A DNA stretch of 64,000 nucleotides from Patescibacteria group bacterium (GTDB lineage Bacteria > Patescibacteriota > Minisyncoccia > UBA6257 > 2-01-FULL-56-20), in NCBI GenBank assembly GCA_018971305.1, contig JAGXBC010000003.1, positions 156,325-220,324 of the forward strand, in the 5' to 3' direction. The stretch's first letter is position 1; each line of letters starts with the position of its first letter. Shown piece after piece: positions 38,924 through 49,088 of this stretch. Below the pieces are notes generated by a model, which saw only the letters and a list, made by a program, of their open reading frames with translations, did not search any database and had not been told where the DNA came from. The position numbers and the translations under genes were made by a program.

Positions 38924-40183
38924 TTATTTATTGATTGCTGCGGGTTTGGCGGCAGATTTTTTATCTTTCATAAACACTCTTAGGAATAATCTGGTAGTCG
39001 TGATTGCGCTGAACAAGCTTATTAATACTCCCAGAAACAGAGTTAAGGCAAATCCCTTAACGAAACTGGAGGTAAAGTAGTAAAGAATGATGGCTGTTAT
39101 TATCGTTGAGCTATTTGAATCGCGGATGGAAGGCCATGCGTGTTTGAATCCTTCCTCAAGCGCCGAGGCCTTGGAGAGCCCTTTTTTTAACTCCTCTTTT
39201 ACCCTTTCAAATATAAGAATATTGGCGTCAACTGCCATGCCTATCGTCAAAATGAACCCCGCCAGCCCTGCCAAGCTCATCGTTATGGGTATGATTTTAA
39301 ACACACCGAGGGTAAGCAATATGTAGATAATCAGAGCTAGAGCCGCGAAAACTCCGAGTAAACCGTAATATAAAATCATAAAGAGCATGACGAGCGCGGT
39401 TCCTATAATTCCGGCAATAATAATCTTTCGCAATGAATCTGCCCCGAGGTTCGGACTAATTGTCTGCTGGTTGACCAAAGTCACTGGCGCGGGCAGCGCA
39501 CCGGCATTAAAACGTTCAACGAGTTGTTGCGCCTCGGAAATAGTAAAGTGTCCGGTTATTACGGCTTGGCCGCCAGTTATCTGCTGTTGGACCGTCGGAG
39601 CCTCGATTAAGTTATTGTCCAAAAAAATTGCCAGCGGCTTACCAATGTTTCTTCCCGTAGCTTCAGAAAAAATTTGTGCGCCCTCACTATTGAAAGAAAT
39701 GGAAACTTGCGGGGCATGAGTTGTATTGTCAAAAGTAAGCTGAGCTCCTGTTACGTAGCGGCCCGTTAAATTTGTCGGAATAAAACTTGTGCTGGAGCCG
39801 TTCTGTTCTACTTCGCGGAAATCCAAAAGAGGGGTTTCTCCTATCTGCTTGATGGCATCGCTTATGTTTTTAACTCCGGCAAGCTCTACTATTAATTCGG
39901 CTTTATCGCCGTTGGTCGCAGTGTATACCTGCGGCTCACTAACGCCAAAAAGATTAACACGCTTCTCGATCACATCGCGAAGTCCGTTCACAACGGAATC
40001 TCTATCCCCCTCTGCGACCTGCGCGAGGTCAATCTGGTAAACAAGATGGCTGCCACCGACAAGGTCAAGACCAAGCCGCCACGGCTGCCACTTAGTACCC
40101 AACCATTTCGGGTAAATAAAAACACCGGCTAAGACGGATAGTAAAATAATAATCGTTAAAAATAGGCCAGGATTACGGCGCAT
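38924..40183 (-). CDS. secD: Protein translocase subunit SecD
   Basis: LGLDLVGG, GVSEP, GALP, GMAVDANILIFER. Confidence 0.96.
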   Translation of the reverse strand: MRRNPGLFLTIIILLSVLAGVFIYPKWLGTKWQPWRLGLDLVGGSHLVYQIDLAQVAEGDRDSVVNGLRDVIEKRVNLFGVSEPQVYTATNGDKAELIVELAGVKNISDAIKQIGETPLLDFREVEQNGSSTSFIPTNLTGRYVTGAQLTFDNTTHAPQVSISFNSEGAQIFSEATGRNIGKPLAIFLDNNLIEAPTVQQQITGGQAVITGHFTISEAQQLVERFNAGALPAPVTLVNQQTISPNLGADSLRKIIIAGIIGTALVMLFMILYYGLLGVFAALALIIYILLTLGVFKIIPITMSLAGLAGFILTIGMAVDANILIFERVKEELKKGLSKASALEEGFKHAWPSIRDSNSSTIITAIILYYFTSSFVKGFALTLFLGVLISLFSAITTTRLFLRVFMKDKKSAAKPAAINK

Positions 40184-40279
40184 ATTGGATATTATTTTAA
40201 CATATTATCAATTTGATTACAAATCGGAATCGGACCATAATTATCGTAGATATATTTGTATTTTATTCGGAGGCTAAAG

Positions 40280-40576
40280 ATGGCTGAAAACCCCTACATC
40301 TGGTACGAGGACCTCCTGTTTCTCGCGGCTAAAATAGAAAAACTGATGCTTATAATAATGGCCGGCAATTCTAATTCGGGAACGCGGGCGGTATATCGTG
40401 AATATAAGAAGCAACTGAAATTGCATTGGATATGCGCAAGCAATGAAGAATTAATGGCCGCAATAGAAAGAGGCCATAAAGATTTTCCCGCCGACCGGGA
40501 ATTTTATAAACTGGAGAATCTTCAGCGCGCAAGGGCCTACCATCAACAACATTTGCCGAAATCTATGATTCAATAA
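40280..40576 (+). CDS. Orphan protein (standalone SD-led unit)
   Basis: TTGATT(40213)-17-CATAAT, GGAGG SD, CCCACCA-5nt-TGGTGGG with T-run at 40581-40614. Confidence 0.7.
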   Translation: MAENPYIWYEDLLFLAAKIEKLMLIIMAGNSNSGTRAVYREYKKQLKLHWICASNEELMAAIERGHKDFPADREFYKLENLQRARAYHQQHLPKSMIQ

Positions 40577-40683
40577 ACAACCCACCAGAAAATGGTGGGG
40601 CTTTTTATATTTTTAGGGAATCAATGTGCGAGGGCTTGCCACGCCTCTGACGGGATTGGACGACCTGCTCGCCAGCCGGCAAG

Positions 40684-41178
40684 TGTTCGAACGGTTTTGT
40701 TGTGTAATATATAAAAACGGCGCCCGTTATAGGTGCGCCGCGTATCTTTTAATATCTTCTGATAAATAGACAACTTCTTGAAGACTTATTGATTCTGCCT
40801 CCTTGCCTGTATTTTTTCCAAGTATTAAATCATCAATTGCGCAAAGAAATGCTGGTTTACTCTCAGCCGAGACGCATTTCTCGTAAATATGCAATAGACC
40901 ATCGGACACGGATTCGGAGTTGACGATTATTGTATATACAGCAGTCGACGTCCCTCTTCCACGAGAAATACAAAACGCTTGAACCACGGTCCATATCCAT
41001 TCGGCGAAACCATTACGATCGAGATTGTTTAATTCTTGCGCAGCTTTCTTATCGGCCCAAGACAAAGTAATCTCCTTTTATACCAGATTATTCTTTCGAA
41101 ATCATATATTACACACAATCACAGTGTCAACTTGTGTGCAGGAGAGGACGATGTTCGAACGATTTTGTGGTGTAATAT
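40684..41178 (+). repeat. 27-bp direct repeat pair (40684-40710 and 41152-41178), att-like
   Basis: TGTTCGAACGGTTTTGTTGTGTAATAT vs TGTTCGAACGATTTTGTGGTGTAATAT (25/27). The pair brackets ORF 40727-41065. Confidence 0.8.
40727..41065 (-). CDS. Orphan protein (standalone SD-led unit) between the direct repeats
   Basis: TTGACA(41130)-18-TATGAT, AAGGAG SD, TTG start, CGGCGC..GCGCCG hairpin with T-run. Confidence 0.65.
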   Translation of the reverse strand: MSWADKKAAQELNNLDRNGFAEWIWTVVQAFCISRGRGTSTAVYTIIVNSESVSDGLLHIYEKCVSAESKPAFLCAIDDLILGKNTGKEAESISLQEVVYLSEDIKRYAAHL

Positions 41179-41185
41179 GGAACAA

Positions 41186-41833
41186 TCAAGCATCCACAAA
41201 TAGGTATTTACCCTCTGTAATAACTTTGATTTTGTCGTTTATCACCTCTAATGCAGAATTATCATCAAGCGCATACATCGGCCCCCTCAGCTTTTTAGCA
41301 AGCCTGGTCAGGTATTTAGTTCTTGCTTTCGGAAAATGTGGGGAGCTGAAGTGGGGTCGGAAGTGGAGACTAACCAATCTAAGGGCTTTTTCTCTTCTGG
41401 GCTCTTCGCCATAATACATCTTGAGCAACGATAAATCAGGACCCGCAACGATGCTCCCCGCACTGATACCAACATAGACCCTCATTTTCAAGAGCCTAGG
41501 CAATGCTTTATCGATTCCTGATTTTCTGATCCAATGCAGTAGGTAAGATGTGTCTCCGCCCCCAAAGAGAATGACATCTGCTTCTTCTAAACGAGGACGC
41601 CAGATTCTTGATTGCGGTGTGGCATCAATATTTAAGATATTTATCTTTCCGAAACCGAGCTTGGCGCAATTATTAAGATCATTAATTAGCCATTTCTTAT
41701 CTCGTGAAGAAATATTTGCGGCCGTAGGAATAAAAACAAGCTTCGCTTTAGAAAATGGTTTTCTCAATAATTTCCTCAGCGACTTCGCTATGGTCTTATT
41801 ACTGATTCCGTTCGAAGTCAAAAGCAATCTCAT
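41186..41833 (-). CDS. Peptidase E / S51 family (class I GAT-like)
   Basis: LLLTS.G, FIPTA, GGGDT, GISAGS, PHF. Confidence 0.9.
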   Translation of the reverse strand: MRLLLTSNGISNKTIAKSLRKLLRKPFSKAKLVFIPTAANISSRDKKWLINDLNNCAKLGFGKINILNIDATPQSRIWRPRLEEADVILFGGGDTSYLLHWIRKSGIDKALPRLLKMRVYVGISAGSIVAGPDLSLLKMYYGEEPRREKALRLVSLHFRPHFSSPHFPKARTKYLTRLAKKLRGPMYALDDNSALEVINDKIKVITEGKYLFVDA

Positions 41834-41856
41834 AAGTTAAGTTTAACAAAAAACCT

Positions 41857-41944
41857 TGGTGCGCAGGGCAGGATTCGAACCTGCGTAGCCCAAAAGGGCG
41901 ACAGATTTACAGTCTGTTGCGATTGGCCGCTCCGCCACCTGCGC
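41857..41944 (-). tRNA. tRNA-Tyr (GTA)
   Basis: GCGCAGG/CCTGCGC acceptor stem, ACAGA-CTGTAAA-TCTGT anticodon arm, long variable arm, GGTTCGAATCC, encoded ACCA. Confidence 0.97.
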
Positions 41945-41949
41945 ATAAC

Positions 41950-42303
41950 CTACAAATCGATAACGGAATTTCCGTCTTCCTTATTCTTACCGCTTATTTC
42001 CTTAAAATCAATAGCTGGCTTCTGAGCGTTCGCGCCCGTGTTCTCTGGGCGAATCTTACGTAAGTGTCCGCTCAGTGAATTATCAACTTTTAATAACAAG
42101 ATTTTTAGTTTTCTGAGAAACTTTACCAAAAATCCATTCATAGCAACATCTACCTTCTCCGGTAATTCCGACGCCAGCCAGCGTTCCATAATCCCCTTTT
42201 TGTCCTCGCCGCTCATCTCAATTCTCGGCAGAGTTCTCACTGCGACATACAAAATCGTGCCGAGAGAAATCATAAATATGTTCGTGAAAATAAATTGTGC
42301 CAT
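41950..42303 (-). CDS. Hypothetical membrane-anchored protein
   Basis: N-terminal TM segment followed by R.LP and KFLRKLKI.LLK.DN. Confidence 0.75.
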   Translation of the reverse strand: MAQFIFTNIFMISLGTILYVAVRTLPRIEMSGEDKKGIMERWLASELPEKVDVAMNGFLVKFLRKLKILLLKVDNSLSGHLRKIRPENTGANAQKPAIDFKEISGKNKEDGNSVIDL

Positions 42304-42350
42304 ATCTTTAAATCGATAACATTACGAAATCTTATTTTTCAAGCATCGCA

Positions 42351-42719
42351 CTACTTACCATCGTAAGAGTCCAGATCAGGAGGCCTCCTCCTTTTTGCCG
42401 GGGTTGGTACTTTGTTTTCAAGTTCGCTTCCTGTTCCCCTAGGCAATGCAAAGAATTGTTCTTCGGTTACCGATTTTAGAGCTCGCAACATATTTTTAGC
42501 GGATGGTTTGAAACGATTAAAAGCTTCCTTATTCGCTTTAGAAATTTCTCCGTTGACATATTCTTTTATCAAAGATAAATCTTCCGGAGAAAACTCTTCT
42601 CCATAAACGCGTTCTAGTCCGCTTAAATTATTAAACACACGTCTAAGCGTGTCCATCTCGCCCTCGGAAAAACTCTCAGCTTTATTTACTTCTTGTACCG
42701 GCTCCCCCTCGCTTTTCAT
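42351..42719 (-). CDS. Orphan protein
   Basis: 122-aa charged ORF downstream of tsf on the same strand. Confidence 0.6.
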   Translation of the reverse strand: MKSEGEPVQEVNKAESFSEGEMDTLRRVFNNLSGLERVYGEEFSPEDLSLIKEYVNGEISKANKEAFNRFKPSAKNMLRALKSVTEEQFFALPRGTGSELENKVPTPAKRRRPPDLDSYDGK

Positions 42720-42733
42720 AGATAAGTAGGCAA

Positions 42734-43183
42734 TTAAACTTCAATCCTGCTGAACTTATTTATTTTAACATTCTCGCCAACTTTAGCTATGACTTCGTTA
42801 ACGATATCGGCAACTGTGCGCGACTCATCTTTGATGTAGGGCTGTTTCAGAAGTTCTTCCACATTTTCCGGTGCGACAGCGGCAATCTGCATAGCAAGTT
42901 CATGGACCAAGTTTTGGAAAGGGTCTGAACGGACAACAAAATCCGTTTCCGCGCGTAAATCCACAAGAACACCGATGCGTTCGTTATGAACATATGAATG
43001 AACCAAGCCAGCCCCAGCTTCCCGTCCGGCCCTTTTTTCAACTTTCTCCAGGCCGCGTTCGCGAATGATGCTCATAGCTTTATCTAGATTTCCTTCGGAA
43101 TCTTTGAGTGCTTTCTGGCAATCCATAACTCCGGCACCGGTTATCTCACGCAATTTTTGAATGTCGCTCGGATTAATTTTCAT
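42734..43183 (-). CDS. tsf: Elongation factor Ts (short form)
   Basis: LRE.TGAG.MDC.KAL, ETDFV, GEN; next to rpsB. Confidence 0.95.
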   Translation of the reverse strand: MKINPSDIQKLREITGAGVMDCQKALKDSEGNLDKAMSIIRERGLEKVEKRAGREAGAGLVHSYVHNERIGVLVDLRAETDFVVRSDPFQNLVHELAMQIAAVAPENVEELLKQPYIKDESRTVADIVNEVIAKVGENVKINKFSRIEV

Positions 43184-44018
43184 CTGCCTTTTTTACGTGC
43201 TTTATACCTTCCTTGCCATCCTTTGCCGCATTTTTTTCCGAGGCCTTTTCTGCCTCAATACGAGCTGCTTCCAAAGCGGCTTTAGCGCGCAGAGCTAATC
43301 CATCTTTCAACGCTCCGTCAATCTTTCCTAAAAACCAATTTATGCTCTTCACCGCCCTGTCGTTTCCCGGGACAAGATAGTCAATAACGTCCGGGTTACT
43401 ATCAACGTTAGCAAGAGCAATAACAGGAATCTTGGCACGTTGTGCCTCGCGTACGGCGGTATCGTGTAATTTAGGATCTATCACCACAAGCACGTCTGGT
43501 TCCTTCGTTAAAAGTTCTAAGCCGCCGAAAAGTTCCAGAAGCCGCTCTAAATCCTTTTCTAAGTCTAAGCGCTCTTTCTTTGTATATTTGTTTATGAGCG
43601 CGCCGGAAGACAGATCGCTGCGCAATTTTTTGAAGTATTCAATTCTTTTAGATAGAACTTTGAAATTTGTTATCGTTCCTCCAGCCCAGCGGTCGGTGAC
43701 ATAAGGCATATTGTATTTTTTGGACAACTCTTTTATTCCAGCTTCTGCGGATGGTTCTGTGCCGACAAAAAGTGCGAAACCGCCATTCCTGACCTTCTCT
43801 TTAAGAAAGGCGATTGCTTTTTCCATGGCTTCGGCGGTTTGAGCCAGGTTAATTATCTCTATTCCGGCGCGCTGCGTTAGGACATACTGCCTCATCTTAG
43901 GATTGGTCTTGCTCTTTTGGCGGCCGTAAAAAACGCCGGCTTCTATCATTTCGCGTGAAGCGGCTTCGGGATATACATTAGCTGCACTATCTACTGGTAT
44001 TGTATTGGTTTCTGACAT
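43173..44018 (-). CDS. rpsB: 30S ribosomal protein S2
   Basis: EAGV.YG, NPKM, FVGT, RW.GG.ITNF, PGND.A. Confidence 0.95.
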   Translation of the reverse strand: MSETNTIPVDSAANVYPEAASREMIEAGVFYGRQKSKTNPKMRQYVLTQRAGIEIINLAQTAEAMEKAIAFLKEKVRNGGFALFVGTEPSAEAGIKELSKKYNMPYVTDRWAGGTITNFKVLSKRIEYFKKLRSDLSSGALINKYTKKERLDLEKDLERLLELFGGLELLTKEPDVLVVIDPKLHDTAVREAQRAKIPVIALANVDSNPDVIDYLVPGNDRAVKSINWFLGKIDGALKDGLALRAKAALEAARIEAEKASEKNAAKDGKEGIKHVKKADEN

Positions 44019-44025
44019 CTGAAAA

Positions 44026-44054
44026 ATTATATACGATTGAAAATTTTGAGTCAA
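44026..44054 (-). promoter_or_regulatory. Sigma70 promoter placing the start site at or near the rpsB ATG
   Basis: TTGACT-17-TATAAT, then 7 nt to ATG at 44018. Confidence 0.8.
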
Positions 44055-44096
44055 ATTTTTTATCAGAGCTATTTTATCATAAAAACAGCCTCCCTT

Positions 44097-44258
44097 TCAA
44101 TAAGGGAAGCCGGTAGGATCGATAAGAGCCGGGGGTTCTGGCTCTTCTCCGGGTTCGTGGTTCGGGAAACCATCCGGGCCGCTTTCGGCGTAAGGAGGCT
44201 CAATGCTGACATTTGTCCGATCTTCTGATTTGGGATTGCTCACATTTGGTATTTCCAC
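44097..44258 (-). CDS. 53-aa acidic Pro-rich peptide (standalone SD-led unit; not in ORF track)
   Basis: TTGTAT-16-TAAGAT, GGAGG 8 nt before GTG, MEIPNVSNPKSEDRTNVSIEPPYAESGPDGFPNHEPGEEPEPPALIDPTGFPY*, hairpin with T-run over the stop. Confidence 0.65.
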   Translation of the reverse strand: MEIPNVSNPKSEDRTNVSIEPPYAESGPDGFPNHEPGEEPEPPALIDPTGFPY

Positions 44259-44334
44259 TTATGTAACCTCCAAAAAAGTGATAACTATTAACATCTTAAC
44301 AAAAATGACAGAAAATACAAGGCGGTTCGTATAA

Positions 44335-44991
44335 CTATTTTCCGAATTTATAAAGTGGACATACGTTATGGTTATGCGGCCGCGCGGGGCAGTATTTCCT
44401 TCCATAATCAATCAATAAATAAGTTATATTAAACCAATCATTTTTCGGAATTATTTGCATCAGGTCCCGCTCTATTTTTTCCGGTTCGGTGTGTTTTGTA
44501 AGGCCAAGCTTTTTTGACAGGCGAATAACGTGCGTATCAACCGCTATCCCCTCCACCACTCCGTAAGCATTGCCCAAAATAACATTCGCCGACTTTCTGC
44601 CGATGCCGGGAATCGTGAGCATTTCGGCCATCGTCTTCGGCAACTTGCCGCCGAATTTTTCCTTAACGACTTTCGCCGCTCCCAGAACATTTTTTGCTTT
44701 GGAGCGGTAAAAACCGGTGGACTTAATGTCTTTCTCGAATTCCCGTACTCCACGGACGCTTTTGCCCATTCTTACATAATCTTCAAGTTTGCGGTATTTC
44801 TTAAATAGTTGCGCGGTCACTTCGTTTACCTTTTTATCCGTACATTGTGCGGAGAGTTCTACCGCAACCAAAAGCTCCCAATTATTGGAATAATTAAGGG
44901 CTATTCTCGGATTAGGAAAAAATTTCTTAAGAATCTTGGTAATTTTTTGCGCACGTTTTTTGAGATGCGGCAATTCTTTCGGTAAGGTCAT
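44335..44991 (-). CDS. nth: Endonuclease III
   Basis: LSAQCTD..VN, HhH PGIGRKSANV, VDTH. Confidence 0.95.
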   Translation of the reverse strand: MTLPKELPHLKKRAQKITKILKKFFPNPRIALNYSNNWELLVAVELSAQCTDKKVNEVTAQLFKKYRKLEDYVRMGKSVRGVREFEKDIKSTGFYRSKAKNVLGAAKVVKEKFGGKLPKTMAEMLTIPGIGRKSANVILGNAYGVVEGIAVDTHVIRLSKKLGLTKHTEPEKIERDLMQIIPKNDWFNITYLLIDYGRKYCPARPHNHNVCPLYKFGK

Positions 44992-45016
44992 ATATCAATA
45001 TTGTATATTATAAGCA

Positions 45017-45547
45017 ATGGTTAAAATACTATCAAAAGATTTTTTTAATAAGCCTACTATCACGGTAGCTAAGAAATTATTGGGTAAATTTTTAGTCAGG
45101 CGCTATCGCGGAAAACGCATCGTGCTCATGATAACCGAAGTTGAGGTCTATGACGGTCCGCAAGACAAGGCATCGCATGCAAGCCGTGGCAAAACGGCGC
45201 GCAACGAACCGATGTTCGGGGAGGCCGGCAGATTTTACGTTTATTTCACCTATGGCATCCACTGGCTTGTGAATGTAGTAACTGGTCCGAAAGGATATCC
45301 GGCAGCCATTCTTTTTCGCGCCGGGCGAACACTCGAAGGAAAAGATATAATCGGTCCTGCGCGCCTAACAAAATATTTAAAAATTGACGGGAAGTTAACC
45401 GGAAAATTAGCCGGTCGACGGACTGGCCTTTGGTTTGAAGACCATGGAATAAAAATAAGACCCTCGCATATCAAGCGAGGGCCGAGAGTAGGCGTTGACT
45501 ACGCCGGGAGTTGGGCAAAAAAACCGTACAATCTAAAACTACTCTAA
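45017..45547 (+). CDS. mpg: DNA-3-methyladenine glycosylase (AAG/MPG family)
   Basis: A..LLG, I.E.E.Y.G..D.ASH, YVYF.YG.H, GP.RL, PRVG. Confidence 0.93.
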   Translation: MVKILSKDFFNKPTITVAKKLLGKFLVRRYRGKRIVLMITEVEVYDGPQDKASHASRGKTARNEPMFGEAGRFYVYFTYGIHWLVNVVTGPKGYPAAILFRAGRTLEGKDIIGPARLTKYLKIDGKLTGKLAGRRTGLWFEDHGIKIRPSHIKRGPRVGVDYAGSWAKKPYNLKLL

Positions 45548-45964
45548 GCGGCGATAACCGTTGAAGCCGGAAACCCATTTCTCGTACTTCATAGTGTCTG
45601 GAAAGAATCCTCTAAGGTATTCTTCGGCAGCATCAAGCTCTTTCTTGTAATCTGGCTCTGTGCCGCCGTAGGCGCCGCAGTTCTCGTGTAAGACGAGAAT
45701 AATGGTGTCCGAGTGATGAAGGGCTACCGATGTTTGGATGGCCCAAAGCATAGTTTTCCTGTGGGCTTCGTCCGCGGGAGAAGAAAGTGATTTCGCTCCT
45801 CCGGGCAAGATAATTGCGTCTTTACGATCAAGACCCTTAACCTCAATAAATTCAAAGAACGCAGGCAAAAATCCGTCATCAAAGCAACCCACAACAGTCG
45901 CCTTCGCCTTATAGTGCTCACCAGGTTTTCGCCATGGCCGAATATTTGGGAACGATTCTGACAT
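45539..45964 (-). CDS. Beta-carbonic-anhydrase-like protein
   Basis: CFD, LPGG, HENCGAY zinc-ligand pattern (CxD...HxxC). Confidence 0.75.
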   Translation of the reverse strand: MSESFPNIRPWRKPGEHYKAKATVVGCFDDGFLPAFFEFIEVKGLDRKDAIILPGGAKSLSSPADEAHRKTMLWAIQTSVALHHSDTIILVLHENCGAYGGTEPDYKKELDAAEEYLRGFFPDTMKYEKWVSGFNGYRRLE

Positions 45965-46209
45965 TACTGTTTTTCCTCCACGATTAGTTTTGTATCGTTC
46001 AAACGGGTTTCTAAGAACCCGGAGCTTATAGGAATATAATATTCTTTTCCATTTTTGTCAAGGATGGTCATTGTGCCTTTGTCCAAAATGGAAATCATGG
46101 CTTCGTGATTATCCAAAATCGTAACCTCGCCATTCAATGTATTGCAATTAACCGATGTCGCCTCACCCCTGAATAAAACTTTTTTTAAAGAATAAACTCC
46201 GAGTTTCAT
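45964..46209 (-). CDS. atpC: ATP synthase epsilon subunit (N-terminal domain only)
   Basis: GEVTILDNH, SGFLE; last atp gene; 81 aa. Confidence 0.88.
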   Translation of the reverse strand: MKLGVYSLKKVLFRGEATSVNCNTLNGEVTILDNHEAMISILDKGTMTILDKNGKEYYIPISSGFLETRLNDTKLIVEEKQ

Positions 46210-46212
46210 TAT

Positions 46213-48141
<1,929 letters not shown>

Positions 48142-48151
48142 GGTTTTATAT

Positions 48152-49087
48152 TTATTTTAAGGACTGTGCTCCGGAGGTGACCTCTATAATTTCCCTCGTA
48201 ATGGACGCCTGGCGCGATTTATTATAGACGACATTAAGATTCTCAGAAAGGTCACGGGCATTGTCCGAGGCGTTTTTCATCGCCATACGCCGCGCGGAGT
48301 GTTCGGAAGCATTTGCCTCCAGAATCATATGGTAGATGCGGGTTTTGAGTAGCGCCGGCGCGAGTTTTTCTAATACTTCTTTCGGCGACGGTTCAATAAT
48401 GTACTCACGCTCTTTTTCTTCAAAGAACGATTCGGACTTCGCGTAATCGGAATATCGTCCAGCGCGCGGTATAGTTTCCTCTACGGATTGCTTGATCGCT
48501 TCGTAACTTATCGGAAGAAATTCGCGAGCGACCGCATCCTGGCGAAGCGCAGTCACAAAAGTAGTAAAGAATACGACGACGCTGTCAAAATTCTGCTTGA
48601 GATAACCCTGGACCAAAAAATCGGCTACGGGCTCCGCCTCTTCTGGTTTTGTGAAATCTCCGACTCGCGTAAAACTTCCTATAACCGGCAATTTACGACG
48701 GTCAAAATAAATTTTTGCTTTCTGACCGATTGCAACAAATGAATATTTCGGATTTGCAAGATCAATGTTCTCGGATTTCACGTATTGTTCAAATTTGCGG
48801 ATGACCGCGCCGTTAAAAGAACCGGCCAGACCCTTATCGGAAGCCACGATTAAGAAAACTGTTTTCTTGACGGGCCGGGGCAAAAGAATTTTAGGAAGCG
48901 GCACGTCTTTAAGGTTGGAGAGGATTCCCAGAAGCTCAAGGGCAGTATAGGAATACGGGCGCGAAGTTAGGGCTAATTCCTGGCTGCGGCGCATCTTTGT
49001 GGCGGCCACAAGTTCCATCGCTTTCGTGATGGTTCCGATGTTTTGGACGCTCTTCATGCGCCGTTTAAGACTTTGTCCAGATTCCAT
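48152..49087 (-). CDS. atpG: ATP synthase gamma subunit
   Basis: ITKAMELVAA.K, SDKGLAG.FN, SEHSAR..AM..A.DNA, RQA.IT.EI.E. Confidence 0.97.
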   Translation of the reverse strand: MESGQSLKRRMKSVQNIGTITKAMELVAATKMRRSQELALTSRPYSYTALELLGILSNLKDVPLPKILLPRPVKKTVFLIVASDKGLAGSFNGAVIRKFEQYVKSENIDLANPKYSFVAIGQKAKIYFDRRKLPVIGSFTRVGDFTKPEEAEPVADFLVQGYLKQNFDSVVVFFTTFVTALRQDAVAREFLPISYEAIKQSVEETIPRAGRYSDYAKSESFFEEKEREYIIEPSPKEVLEKLAPALLKTRIYHMILEANASEHSARRMAMKNASDNARDLSENLNVVYNKSRQASITREIIEVTSGAQSLK

Positions 49088-49088
49088 A

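Noticed and set aside
44097-44258. RiPP precursor interpretation of the 53-aa peptide
   Set aside because: No maturase, protease or transporter nearby and no recognised leader motif.
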